DNA of 57,957 nt from Oikopleura dioica (lineage: Eukaryota > Animalia > Chordata): positions 1 to 57,957 of the forward strand of contig CAJRAX010000006.1 of NCBI GenBank assembly GCA_907165135.1, in the 5' to 3' direction. Positions within the stretch are counted from its first letter, which is position 1. Each line of letters opens with the position of its first letter. Shown piece by piece: positions 1-13,543 of this stretch. The notes beneath the pieces are model-generated. The model was not told where the DNA came from and did no database searches. It saw only the letters and a program-made list of their open reading frames with translations. The position numbers and the translations under genes are program-made.

Positions 1-157
1 TGTATAGGAAGACTCTTCAAAAAGCTCCTTTGAAAGCGGAGTTTTAAATGGCAGAAAAATCCCTTCAATGATTTCGCCGAAGTTCGAGTAGTTGTCCCAG
101 CGCTTTGGAATTCGACCTTCAAAGTGGTTATTTATATTATTTTCGTCGTTTACCCAT
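1..157 (-). CDS. 5' end of a DUSP11/PIR1-like (or capping-enzyme-type) RNA 5'-triphosphatase, truncated by the window edge
   Basis: ATG G|gt..ag|GT splice gives MGRIPKRWDNYSNFGEIIEGIFLPFKTPLSKELF, resembling the IPxRW..Y...G......F..FKxPL N-terminus of the DUSP11/RNGTT triphosphatase family. The catalytic motif lies outside the window. Confidence 0.55.
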
Positions 158-904
158 TTGCTTCTGTAGCAGGTGATTTTGATCACGCGCTAGTCATGTT
201 CGATCACTTTGATTCGACTTTAATTATTCCTGAAATAGAAACTAATAAGATCAATTGACAAATGCCAATCAAATGAGCTATTTTCTCTAAGGTACAGTAG
301 ATTTGATAAATCTTAGGACATTCGGAAAAGAAGGCGGATAAATACGTTGTTTTGGACAATAAAAAGTTAATTCTTCCTTTTACGAGTATCAATTATCGTC
401 AACTAAGCCCGCAAGTCTTCTGAAGTTGGGTTGATGATGACATTGAAACCAAAAGAACGCGAATTTGATTCCGCCAATCTGAGATTAAATAGGAACAGAA
501 CGGTCATATGATCAAATCATTCTGTTCCTAGCTACCAAAGGCAAACGAAGACTGTTCAAAAGTCAAACTCCGCCAATTTGCGTCAAAGTAATAAATTTGC
601 TCTTGTGGAGATTTAACTTGTACTTTTTGACATATAATGACTTTGGGCAAACATGAGGACTTATGAACGAAGGTAAGTTAGAATTTTTTGATTTATTTCA
701 GTTTTTTCTTTATATGCGGTGAACGAGTAAATAAGGAGCAGACTCATGAACTTGAAAAGGGGCGCTTTGGCTCGTAATTTCATTAAGGTTGATGCACAGG
801 TATTAATTAATTATTGATGGCGGCTCGAACGGATGAAACGTTGTTTACGAAATGGAATTTGAATTTAATTCCAGTGTAATAAATTATAAAGGAGCGAACT
901 CGTG

Positions 905-2451
905 TTACTCTGCGAGAAGCTGTCGGGAAATGATCAAACGCATAACTTCGTTGGCTCCTTCGAGGATAGAATGAACTCGGAGATCTCGAACAATCTGTTC
1001 GCACGGGTAGTCCTTCAAGTATCCGTATCCACCAAACATTTGCAAGCAACTTGAAAAGTTTGTTTTTCAGACAAGATATCGCGAAACATACCCGTTAGCG
1101 ACTTCAGAGCAACTATCAGTAGCGTGAAGCTTCGCCATGGCACAGAGAGAAGCAGCAGCTGGATCCTTATTGTCTAAAAATTTTGTAAGACAAGAAATAT
1201 TAAATTCTTTGTTTACCAATAGCCGAAGCTGCGTGTCGAACCATAAGTCGCGAGGTCACCAATTGCGTAGCAAGTTCGGCCATTTTGTACTGAAGATACT
1301 GTTGTCTGTCAAGAGTCTGTCCGAACGCCTTTCGCACGCCGATATGTTCTTTTGCGGCTAAGATGGCCTTCTGGGCGCCACCGAGAGAGCAGCTAGCGAT
1401 ATTTACTCGACCACCGTTAAGACCAGACATGGCAATATTGAAGCCTTTGCCTTCGACGCCAAGAAGATTTTTGACTGGCACTCGGCAGTTTTCCATGATA
1501 AGAACTCTAGTCGGATGGGACTTCCAGCCCATTTTAGTTTCGTCCTTTCCGAATGAAAGACCAGGAGTATCTTTTGGAATAAGAACGCAAGAAATTCCCT
1601 TTGGCCCCTTAGTGGAAGGGTCAGTTCGGACCATGACGGCATAGAGATCATGGACGCCTGCGCCGGAGATGAAGCACTTTGAGCCGTTGAGAACATAGTC
1701 ATCGCCATCACGAATGCAAGTAGTAGCCAAAGCAGAGGCATCGGAGCCGGAGCCAGGCTCAGTAAGACAGTAAGAGCCGATGATTTCGCCGGACGTCAAT
1801 CTTGGGCAAAATTCTTCCCGCTGTTCGGGAGTTCCGTTAACATCGATCATCCAGGATACCATATTGTGAATCGTCATCATGGCCGTGGTGGGAACACAAT
1901 GCTCACTCAGTGCCTTAATTTATTGTAAATTATTGGGTTTCAGAGGAAAATTCTGCTCAAGATCGGGGCTCGATGATTGTACCTTCTTTGAAGAAATATC
2001 TAAAATCATCTGCGAAAATATCTTTTTATGAGCACTGGCTTTATAAGGGATGGGGTTGATATAAATAAATCGTCAGCGAGTATATCTACCTCAACAACAA
2101 TAGACGTTTCCAATCGGGAAAGGCCCATGCCTCCAACATCTTCGGAAGTATACAGTCCAAGAAAACCTTGTTCAGCTGAGGACTACATAAATTTTTGAGG
2201 ATAAGCAATCGTTGTCAGATCCCAAGACGGAAAACATCCATCTTCATTTATCATTTTACCTTGATAACGTCGATTGGATAGTGGCATTTAGCGTCCCACT
2301 CAGCCGAGTACGGACCGAGCTCTGCGGCACCCCACTTTTGAGCGGCGTCTTGCCAGACAAGCTGATCCTCGTTGAGGCCAGTTCCAGGGAAAACTGGAGA
2401 TCCAGCAGACAGGGCTCGCTGCGAAACTCCCTTTCGTACCAATCGAAGCAT
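905..2451 (-). CDS. ACAD8: Mitochondrial acyl-CoA dehydrogenase, isobutyryl-CoA dehydrogenase-like (5 exons)
   Basis: Motifs [39 protein letters not shown] and [37 protein letters not shown] introns join in frame; TAA at 905-907. Confidence 0.85.
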
Positions 2452-2658
2452 CTGAGAATTGAAACAAATTAAATTTAAATTATTAAGTAGATATTTTCAG
2501 TGAAGAAAAACTATGTGAAGCAGCAGTAAAAATGACAATATTTTTTTCAATAAATGAGCTCTAAAGAAGTGAGAGTGAAATGTGTTTCGGTCAAGAGTTG
2601 GTTAGCTTGAAGGGCCGTTTAACTACAGTCATTTTCGATTAATAATTTGTGATATTAA

Positions 2659-5600
2659 CTATTTTTCGATTAACTTTTTGAGTCCTTTTTCTACAGCAAG
2701 AATAGATGTCTCCGATGGAGCGATGGATTCGAGATCACTGTCGTTTCCATCAGCGTCAGGGTTCTCTTCTCTTCGTTTTCTAGCCTGAAGACGCCTCTTC
2801 AAACGATCAAGAGATGTTTCGGGCTTTTTGTTTCTTCTGGTTTGGGCGATGACTCCTTCAATTTTCCGAAACCACCAGAAGATGATGCAGCAAATAGTTT
2901 CTTTGGTGAAGGACTTGGTGATCGTGAATCTTTGCCTTCTTTACGCTCCCGCATCCGCTTTAGAAGTCTTGCCTTTTGAAAATTTGTATGGTTTTAGGAT
3001 GAAGAATACAGTACCTTTAAATCGTTCGTCGTGACGTCTGATTTTGGTTTGATATCATCAAAAGCGTCAATAGAGTCTCTGCGAGAACGCTCTTTCTTTT
3101 TACCCTATGAGCATTTTAATAACTAGATTACTTCATTAGTACGAACCTCAGACGAGGAGTCTCGTTTTCGTTTTGAGCTTCGCCTTTCAGGTGCAGCTGT
3201 CGATGAAGGTTTTGGGGTTTTAGATCGCGATCTGGATTTCTTTGTTGGTTTCCTTTCTGCTGATCTGCGTTTCGGGGTTTTCGACCTTGAACGTCTACTT
3301 TTTGAAGTTGAAGGCTGGGATTTATCATCTCGATTTCGTTCTGGGCTCACCCACAACGTAGGCATATTTTCGAAATTTTCCATATTGCTTTTTGCGTCTT
3401 TCGCTTCAGCAGCCCGTTGACCTCGCGTCTTTCGCGGGGAGTACGCTCTCGCCTTGACAGGAGAAGGAGATTTTCGACGTTTTGAGGCCTTCGACTTTTT
3501 CTCATGAGAATCTTCTGTTCTATCGCGATGTTTGCTGTAACTCTTGTTCGGCTTTGAGGTCGTTGGACTTCGATCGGAAGGTCGAGACGATTCAGCAGTT
3601 TTTTTGATACTAGCACTGGAACGCGTTGAGCGAGGCTCTGGAGATGATTTCCTCCTTGTTTTTCGTCGATCGGGCATCAAATCTTCTCGCGGTTCGGGGG
3701 ATGATTTTTTTCTCGTACGCCTTCGATCGGGCATCAACTCATCCTTTTTGGTGATTGATGGCGGCGGGACGGGGCGTGGCTCATCACTTTTCTCCGTTGG
3801 CGCTGCCCAAGAAGGCGTTCGACCTTCAATTGATTTAGATTCTTCAGTTGAAGTCCTTGGTTCTTGTCGCGATTTCCTGCTCCTGGGTGGCGAGACGGGC
3901 TTCGGGGGAGCATCTCCAAAGGCGGATGTTTCTGGCGGAGCGGGGTCGAACTCTGTTTCAGAGTCAAGATCTACTGAGTGAGTGATTTGCTTCGCTGGCT
4001 TTGACGGCTTTATGGTCAAAGAAACTGGTTTTTGCTCCGTGGGTGATGTAACTCGTCTGCATAATTGGATATTAAATGCAAATAAAATAGACAATAAATT
4101 TACCTGACAATCTTTTCAGCATTTTTCTGCGCGGCGGCTAATTCTGCCGGATTCAGAACGTCAAATGATGGCCTCAGTGTAGTAGAAATCTCAATTTCCA
4201 GCTCGTCCTCCTCGTAGTCTGATTGTTCCGCTGCCGTTTCATACTCATTATCCGTCTCAATATCAGTCATAATTGGCTCTTGAGCATTCGTAATCGAATC
4301 AAAGAAGGTCTTCGACTTGACGCGTTCGGCAACTGACTGTTCCGGCTCAGGATTATTCTTCTCTCGTTCTAGTTTCTCCTATATTCCATTATTTTTTGAC
4401 CGAGCGACAACTGTAAATTTGAATATGTTACCAATGATTACATGTCAACGGATGTTTTCTACCATATTTCCTCGCAACAACAAAACGCACGTTGACAAAT
4501 AAATAATTTGAAATAATCATTCCAAAGAATATTTTACCAACCTTTAACTCGTCAAACATCTTGTGAATATCAGTTTGATATTCGACCGGAGCTCCTTTCG
4601 TATCAAATCGTACAGAACCAAACGGAAGGAAAGATTCTCGCTCGATCAGCCGTCTACGAATTTTCTCCTTCAAACTAAACTCTCGCTCCATTTTTGAGAA
4701 GTTCTCCTTTCCGTACTCTTCGAATTCTTCCTTTGAAGGAACAACCTCGCCCTCCTCAGTTGGTGATGGGAGATCAAAGAACTCTTGGTCAGTGTGGGGC
4801 TCAGATTCAGAAGAGATTTCATGAGGCTGACTTCTTCTCGCGCCGTGTTCATTGTCACTAATTTCGGAATCAGATGAGATTTCTTGAGGTTTCTCATGTT
4901 TATCTCCCTCGTTTTCACCGCCACAATTTGTCGAGGAAGACTTACGCTCAGCATCTGAATCGTTACCCTTCCGTTTCTTGCTGAGGGATGAAATTTTTTC
5001 GTCAATTTTCTTGAGTACTTTTTCTTTGAGATTCTCCTCGAGCTCTTCGAGTTTCTCTTTCTTTTTGCGCTTCTTCTCTTTCTTCTCTTCTTTCTTGCGT
5101 TTCCTTTCCCAGCGTTCTTCTCGTCTCTTCTTTCTTGCGTCACGGTCGTCCTCTGGAATGTCTCGTATCTTTTCCGATTCCTTTCCATAACGCCGCGAAT
5201 GCAAGATATCCACGATATCATCAACCATATTTTCATCTCGGCCATCAACATCTTCTGGACTACGCCTGTCATCCCTTCTTCTTCGAGATGATCTATCTTC
5301 AGGTGAACCGCTATATCTTCTTCTTCGATGAGATCTATCTTCTGGTGAGCTACTATAATGTCGACGTCTGCTAGAGCGATCATCGTGCTCTGCTGAATAT
5401 TTTCTTTGTCGCTGAGGCGATGAATCTCTTCCATGTCGACGACCGATAGCATCACGAAGGCGATCATTACCAGCTTCAAAGACTCGCTCTTGGCTATCCT
5501 CTTCGTCAGAATAACGAACACGATTTTCGTAACTCTGTCTCCTTCGTCTCCGTTCAGGACTGATAGGTCTCTCGCGCTTTTCCATATCACGCTCGCGCCT

Positions 5601-8600
5601 TGCTTCATAATCAGCTCCTTTGGTCCCCCATCCGTGAGCTTCTTTTTTGCCTTCATACATTTTATCAACATCTTGACGCATGCGTTTTCTGTCGAAGCCC
5701 CACTTTTCAATAGGCATCAAATCAGTGGTATTATTCTGTTCTGTGCTACGCCATCCTTTGTGTTCTTTCGCCTTGATTCCATGCTTGACACAATACCAAT
5801 ACGGAATCTTGTCTCTTTCCATATCAAAATCGGGATGATCAGGGCCCCATCGAGGTGTTCCGTCTGGGTAGAAGCCAGACACATTCTTGTATCGCTTCTT
5901 ATCGTATTCATTGCGAGTGAACTCGGGAGATCCACTCGACCGCCGACGACGGCGGGGAGGGGATCGGCGAGCTTCACGCGGAGGCGATCTTCTATCGCGA
6001 TCGTCTCGTCTATGTCGACCATCTCTACGAACGCGCCAGTCCGGAGAAGGCGATCGATATCTGTCACTTTCTTTATGAAGGTATCGTCTGCGGCCCATTT
6101 CGTCGAAGTACAAGCCATCGCGTTTACGTTGAGATCTTCCACTAAACGTATCAGGAGCTCTGTCTGACATCTGATAAAGCTCTTCGTTCATATCCATGAT
6201 CTCTTTCTCGGACATGCCAGCAATCGTGAAACTTGGAACTTCAATCCTTTCTACGCCATCGACGAAAGTCACCTTTGAAGAGTCACCAAAGGTTTCAGCT
6301 TTTCGGGATGAAGCCTCATCTATAGTTCGTTCCCGATACTGCTCTTTCAACTTTTGGAGATCTGATTTTCCGACCCACTGAGATTGTGGGATGCCTGGTG
6401 GTGGTTTATGAGCGTATTTCTTCTTTCGAGCACGGATATCGCGCTCTTCATCAGAAACAGTGTACTCATCACGGCGATGTGGGATTCTGTATTTACCCCT
6501 TTCAGTTCTTTTGCGTCGCGGGTTGTAGTAGTCTGAATCACCACTGTCGGAGTCTGATCCAGAGGAGCTCGACCCTTCGGAATCTGTTTTTCCAGTCAAA
6601 TCAAAACACTCGTCTGGGACCAGATTGTCAAATTCTTCAGCAAATCGATTCTTGAGTCGAGCTGGAACAAAGTCCTCATCTACAGGTTCTGCCTTTACAT
6701 CATCGTAGGTCGCATTTCTATTACGAATTCGGTCTTCTCGATCGTTCACTTCCTGTCCAAGTTGATATAAGAAGTCTTCATGATGAAGATAAGCCATTTG
6801 AGACCGGAAAGCATCTTCTTTTGCTTTCTTCTTAGCTTCAGCGATTCTTTTTGCATCTTCATCTTCGGACTCCGATGATGAAGCTTGGTCTTCAAGTTGC
6901 TTTGCTTCCTCTCGAAGCTGTTCTAGTTCCTCGAACATCTTTTTGTAAACAAGAAGCTTATCATCAAATGAGAGAAGTTGGTTGTTAGAATCCAAAAGAG
7001 GTGTTGCGGTAAGTTTGTTGATCCAGCCATCTTCATCATTATCTGGATCTTTTGGTGGATTGAACTGCGGAACGGGTTGTCCGCTGTCTTCGGCGTCGAT
7101 TTCGGCCCGCACCTCATCCATAACGCTCTCATTGGTAGCATTTGGATGAGCATGTTCAGTGATTGGCAACCCTTGTGGGACAGAGCCCTGACCACCCATG
7201 GTCTCGTTCGTCATGTATATCATCATGTTGTAAGCAGCGATTTTCTGTGATTCCGTGGCGAGATCATCCTGTCTATTCATGTAGTATTTTTGTCTACCAC
7301 CACATTCGTTTTGTGTACGTTTGAAGCCATGTGGATTCCCATCAGAAGCATCAAGCCAGTCAGGTGCCGCCGTTTGAGCGTATTTTCCCTTGCCGACGAA
7401 GTAGTTTACTCCTTCACTTTCCGTATTCTTTATGTGTTTTTCGATATTCATGACAGCTTCGGCTCGCTCAGAGCGTTTGTATGCATACTTCCAGATCTCA
7501 GAAGGAAGAGGTCTAGGAGTATTGCACTCGTGGCATTTATCACGAGGAAAGAAACTGTAATAATCGCAGGACTCGCACCACCATCCGCACTGGGAAAAGT
7601 TCTTTCGGAAGCGATTTAGGTAACCAGTGACTTTTTCACCAGCAAGCTGTTTTTCAGCACGACGTTGCATTGCTCTGATTATACGTTCTTTGCATCCCTT
7701 GCCGACGCTCGTATCCAGGCTATTAGCACCTAGAGTACTTAGATAGTCTGGCGACTCGGCAAAACCCTGTTGACTCATGATTTTTCTCGTCTGTTCGGCA
7801 GTTTTCACTCGGAGAGCTCTGTATTCCACCAAATCTTGTCGCACGGCTCCGTGTTTGAAGAAATCACCACCGAATAAACCTTGTTCCTTTGCGTGCTCTC
7901 TTTGCATGTAAATGGGAAGACCTTTAACATCTTGCGGTTTCTCGGCTTCAGCTTCCGGGTTGCTTTCGATCCACTTTTTTAACTGTTGAGTATGTCTCCA
8001 GTCATTTTCGTGAAAGACAGACGGATGAATAAGCTGTTTATTCATATTTCCATCGATATTCTTTGGCGCAGCTATATCACAACCAAAACAAAATTTGTAA
8101 CTTCCGGGATTCTTGTGACAGCACACCTTGCACAGCCAGCAACCATCTTTGAGCCACCAACCCGAGGATAGTTTCTTTGGAATCCAGGCTTCTGATTCAA
8201 GCTGTTGTCTGATTTCAGGACGCTCGTACATCAGCGCTTTTCGTCTTTCCGCCTGTACAGCTCTTCGATATCTCTTCCTCGTTTTGCTTCCATCACCCTT
8301 TGGAGATTTTGGTTCTTCTGGAATTTCTTCTTCTGGTTCTTTTTCCTCGTTGCTATCACTTGATTCTTGAATTTCCCCGGATTCGTAACCGTCCTGGCAA
8401 GCAACAGTATCCGCATTTTTATAAGCATTCTCTTTGATTCTCTCTTCGAGAGCATCTTCCATTGGCAACGGTTGGTCCTTATCGAGATCCAAGCCCGGGT
8501 GAGACTCCTCAATTGATTTCATGAAATCTTGCACCTGGAAGAATTGCATTTCGTCATCAGTCATGACAGGAACCTGCGACATCGCGTTTATGTATTTTGG

Positions 8601-11600
8601 CAAAGTGGGACCCCTCGCGAGCTCTTCGCCTTGTCGGATTCGCTCAAGGAATTCTTTTCTGCGATCACGAATGGCATACTTTGTCTTTCTCCGCTCCATG
8701 CGCTCTTTTTGGCGAGCATCATCTTCCTCAGCTTTGATGATATAAAAGAAGTACGGATCAGCTGGAGCTGCTTCGCCGCAGTTCAAACAGTTAAGTCGCG
8801 TTGATTGATTCACGGAATCACACGGATACCTTGAGCATTGCCACTCATCAAGTGACCATTCGGTCAGCTTCTTTGCTGTACGATTCGTCTTTGTTTTTTT
8901 GAAGAAACCATCTCTCAATTTCTCCGCTTGTGAAGTAATCAGGCCTCTGTGATGCATGGTGCGGACATTGACAGCGACTTTCTTGAATGAGGCGGCTTCT
9001 TTATTTGCAATCATGCTTATTTTCTCCTCCAGTGCTTCCTCCAGATCATAATCTCGCAAGGCGTCTGCAAAAGTAATAAGTAAATCGATATTTATGTTTA
9101 TGAGCTTGATAACTTCTTATTCATAAACTATAGATTGTATTTACCTGTCCCGTAATGAGGCCAGTTGGTAAGAGCAATGTATTCCTTCATGTACTGCCTT
9201 CGTAGGTATCCTAAAACAAGATCAAAAAGAGTTCTGCAGTTCCCGACTGCTAACCTAATTTATGGCCATGCGAGGTCAAATGATCTCGAATACAGTCTTG
9301 ATGAACTGTAGGTGGCCAATCATAGCAGCAAAGGGCACAATAGTATCCATTTAGCAATCCATTGCTAAAACAAAGTTATAGAACAGCTATATTATAACGA
9401 CATATAACGATAATATAACGATGATTATTAACTTAAAATTTATAACTGTAAGAATCGACACGTAATTTTGGTGATACAAATTAACTTCAAAGGAGTAATA
9501 ATAATTTCGTTATTTCAAGCGGTTGTCGATATTGAAGTATTCCATATGTTCTTGCATTCAACTCTTTCCTACTAGGGGGTCATTTTTGTTGGTAAGAGAG
9601 ATTATAAAGTACCATTTTAAAGAACAAAAATTGAGATGCACTCTGCTCTTTAAAGTAGTTCGACTGCCTAGTAGAAAATAAGTTTCTTTACTGTGCAATA
9701 AACACTTGAAATACTCAATATTTGAAAGCAAAAAAAGCTTTTCTGGGAATCTTGAAGTATGCTTCCAATCATTTTTAGTTCGATTTAATAGCCCAAAATA
9801 CTGAGAATTGGGCTTTTAAACGACTACGGACGGGAGCATACATCAAAAAGGCACGAGAGTGGCCTTGAGTTGTCATTCACCTGGAGTAGAATTCGTAAAT
9901 AAATTGGGTTCCGGTAACTCCAAACGACTGTTTGATCCAGTCGTCTACACATGACTAAATGTTGTGTAATATTTTGCCATCTCCCCTTCAGTCGACAATT
10001 TTTAGCAATAGTAATATTTTTGTTCTATATAATTGTTTATATACCTGAATTCTAGCAAAGTTTGGCAGATCATACGTTGCACCTTTACCACCTTTTTCAT
10101 CAGCTTTCCAAAGAGCTTCTCGATCTAGCTTTTCAAGTTGATCACGAAGCTCGGGGCGAAGGTTGTTGCCATCTATTCGAGGAGGGGCGAACCAAGGCAC
10201 TCCTTCTTCGCGAGGATCTCGTTGGTGGTGCATAAGGCCTTTTTCGGCAAAAGATTCATCAAAATATGTTGTTTTGTCTGAAAGATGAAGAAAATAATAA
10301 CAAATTTGGATAAGCTACCTTTTTTGAGATCATACTCAGCCCATTCGTCCTCCCAATCTTGATACTTTTCAGTATCAAAAAGCTCATCATTCCAAATCGC
10401 CTCTGCAGAAGTAATCGAGTTTTGCTTCTCCTCATACGTTGGAAAACCGAATTTGATATCATCGACATCGTAATACACCTCGTATCCAGCTTCGATGTGA
10501 CTCTTGCAGCCCCAAACACTGGACCAGCCCTTTGGTTTGACTAATCCTTTAGCGCTGTTATAGGAGACTTTTTTCATTTTAGACGCAGGAATGATGTTGT
10601 TATCCGTTTTCGGCGGTGGCATCAATTCCTTGTTTTCAACGAAGGCATCATCTGAGAACTGAGGATCCACGTAAAATTCTGATGATGGTTCCCAGCTGTC
10701 GTTTTTATCCCAGCCGGACCATGTATTCTTGGCGTTTTTCTTTTCACCATTTAGTTTTGGCGGAGCTGGTGGTGGAGGGAGTGGAGTTGTATGAGTCTTC
10801 TTCTTTGGGGATTTGCGGGAGGGCATGATTTGACTCGATCCTGTCCCATTTCGATCTGGCAAAAGGTTGAACTGATTTGTGCCTTGCATACTTTTAGGCC
10901 CGAGGGGCCTTGGTGGGCGCAAGTTTTGGCTCATTGGTGTCGGTGCTCTGAGACGAGTTGGTTGAGAAAGTGGACGAGGAGCAGTCAATCCGGATGAGCC
11001 AGGAGGTCGAGGGAATGAGCCCAACGGACGAGGTGGGCGTGGCTGACTACCCATCGCTTGCGGTGGGTGATAATTCCCTGCTCGTCCCGTTGTTCCCTGT
11101 GCAAGTGGCACTGGCGGCCGAAGAACTCCAGTACTGGACGTTCCAGCATTTGGAGCAGTTGATGTCGAAGGCTTTTCTTTGTCATCTTCTTCTATAAGCT
11201 CGGGCCATGGAGCTGATTTATTTTCAGCTTTTAACTCGTTTATCTTTCTAATCTGGGCGGGATCCTCCTCGACTGGATCACGAATACCTTCTTCAGGCAC
11301 TGATTCATTAAACGGAGTTGCCATCTTCGCCAAACTATTAGGATCGTACTGGTCAGGTTCGTACGTAAATTGTCTCGAAGCCCATTCTTTTCCAGCCCTT
11401 TTGCGCTCCTTCTGATTCTTCGCTTGTCTCTTTTTCCTCGACAACGCGCTAGAAGGAGGCTCGTTCAAACCGGCAGCCATCCAGGCAGGTGTGTTTGGGT
11501 CGTCATTTTCTTCTTCGCTTTCTTCTTCATCACTATCTCTGCATTCCCCTGGTTCCAAAAATGAAGGCGGCTTTGGGGGCTCGGGAAGATGAGCATGATC

Positions 11601-12081
11601 ACCGATCCCGGCCAAATTGCTCATTTCATCTCCAGTCAGGAGTTTTCCTCGAGTTCCAGGACCAAGTGGCGCAGGATTAGGATGCTGCTCATTGTTCTGT
11701 CGCGTTGGAATCGTTTCCGGATTTCGGGAAAACTCTACCTCGTGAATGATTTTTCTGAGGGCGGCGGCAGCAGCATGTTTTGCTTTTTGCTTGGAGTGGT
11801 CCTTGCCCTTCGCTGCGTACCAGTTTCCCTTTACTTTCGCGGAGCATTCGAAGGTGAAGACGGGCTTGTGCGGTGGACCAGTAAGATCCGTTTGAATAAC
11901 AGTGACGGCGCCGTATTTTTGAGATCTGCAGTAGTGGACCAGTTCGTTCAACGGTTGTTCAACTCCGGATCCTCTGCCACCACCGCGTCCTCGACCACGG
12001 CCGCCTCCTCTGCCACCGCGATTGTAGCTTGTCTTCGAAAAGGGATTTATACTTGATTACCAACGATTTCATTGGTTTCAT
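2659..12081 (-). CDS. Very large (~2,800 aa) predicted RNA-binding protein: RGG + dsRBD + matrin-like C2H2 finger + 3 RanBP2-type zinc fingers + RS/RD-rich C-terminus (about 11 exons; start tentative; one frameshift at 2825-2829)
   Basis: dsRBD (GPPHKPVFTFEC..GKDHSKQKAKHAAAAAL) in ORF 10173-11951; YYCALC..DHLTSHGH finger at ~9260-9360; W-x-C-x2-4-C..C-x2-C fingers in ORF 4428-9059; SR-rich ORF 3123-4094. Intervening GT-AG introns join these with matching phases. Confidence 0.65.
3631..3741 (-). repeat. Two imperfect 57-bp coding tandem copies (LMPDRRRTRKKSSPEPR / LMPDRRKTRRKSSPEPR)
   Basis: Visible in the translation of ORF 3123-4094 and as gatcgggcatcaa recurring at a 57-nt period. Confidence 0.8.
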
Positions 12082-12553
12082 TTCATTGTCGTTCTAAGTG
12101 ATTATCCCTTCCTGAGCAAAATTATTTTCTGGGAAGCTTGATGAAACGTCGAGAACGACTTTCTTCACCGGTCGACTCATTTCATCTGACCTCGCTTTTC
12201 TTCCATCAGTTTCTTTCTTCGCTTTTCAAGAACAGTAACGATTTTTATCTCTTTTTTTTTCGAGAATAGAACTTGGTAGTGGTTCGATCCGAAAGGCAAG
12301 CCAGCGCCAATCCGTAAAACGATTGGCCAGACGAATCTTTCGCCACCCCCGATTGGGCATTTTCTGAGCTTTCGTAGACGCGTAATTCGCAAAGAAATAT
12401 TCGAGAAAGAGCTTTTATCGAAATAAGAGACTACTCTGTAACTATTGTGAATTTCTACCTCAAGAGATAAACAGAGATACCTCGACTTTAAGAATTGTGG
12501 AAACAACTGTTCGAAAGAAAGAGATTCTAAAGTTCTTAAAATTCAGACTTCAA

Positions 12554-13543
12554 ATGCCTTCCAAAGTTCCCGCCGAAGAGCCTGAAATTGACATGGACGA
12601 GTCTGAGTTCGATATGGACGATTCTGCCATGATGGGAGCTCCCGTCCCGGAACGAAAGGAGTATCTTTGGGCCACAAATCTTGAGGGTTTTCTTTTTATC
12701 TTCGATCCCACTTTCCACTTTTTGCCTAGGACCTGCACCATACAAATTCGAGGGCGGAGACAACGAAGATGAACAGGTCATCTTCAAATCCTGCGCTCTT
12801 GGCCCCGGCGCCAAAGGAAAGCATGTCATCGAGCTTTCCGCTGTTGATGCCAATTCCGAGAAGGCCACAGTCATTCTTGGCATTCTCACGGATGCTGTAA
12901 GTCGAGTAATTTTAATTATCTTCCAACCGTTCTTAGAATCCCTACCTTCGATTGCCCGATATTTCCGTCGAGCCACCACTTTTGTTGAAGCTCTCCGAGG
13001 GCAAGGGGCCAGTGAACATCGGCGCCAATCATTTGGTCAATGAAGAAATGGATGATGAAGACGACGAGTCGGACATGGATGAAGAAGAGATGGAAGCGGT
13101 ACGTTACAGTTTTTTTTTGTCTTGCTTTGAAACATATATCACTAGGAACTCCGAACCGCCGAAGACGTAGAAAGTGAAGAAGAGGAAGAAGAGCCCGTCA
13201 AGCCCGAGCCAGTAAAAGCTGCTTCGCCAAAGAAAGCTGCGGCGAAAAAAGTAGAGCCAAAGGCCGCTACGAAGAGAAAAGCTTCTGAAGTCGAAGAAGA
13301 GGCTGACAACAAGAAGGCAAAGAAGGGTAAGTGTTTACTTTCAATGGTCCTCTTTAATCCTTCTTTGCAGCGCCCAAAGAATACAGCACCGTCGAGGAGC
13401 TGAAGAAAGCTATCCAGGCGAATCCGGGAGGAAAGCCAAAGAAGGAAGAAAAGTTCAAGAACTGGCTCCGAAACACCATGAAGTGCCAGAAAGAAGAATG
13501 GTTCTCGGACGTTTTCAAGTGGTGGCAAGCGCAGGCCAAGTAA
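12554..13543 (+). CDS. NPM1: Nucleophosmin/nucleoplasmin-family histone chaperone with NPM1-type C-terminal domain (5 exons)
   Basis: Nucleoplasmin core (EYLWATNL..EQVIFKSCALG..KHVIEL..LPDISVEPP.LLKLSEGKGPVNI), acidic tracts, basic KRK..KKAKK NLS, and C-terminal STVEELKKAIQ..PKKEEKFKNW..DVFKWW. All introns GT-AG and in phase. Confidence 0.75.

Noticed and set aside
430-790. Possible small plus-strand gene using the clean gtaagt..tttcag intron at 673-711
   Set aside because: No continuous, family-like ORF could be assembled; it may be UTR or non-coding.
4670-5710. 346-aa alternative-frame ORF and several antisense ORFs over the giant gene
   Set aside because: Shadows of repetitive RS/charged coding sequence; no recognisable motifs.
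2659-12081. Assigning SON or ZRANB2 as gene symbol
   Set aside because: Domain order and content differ: N-terminal dsRBD, no G-patch seen, three dispersed RanBP2 fingers.
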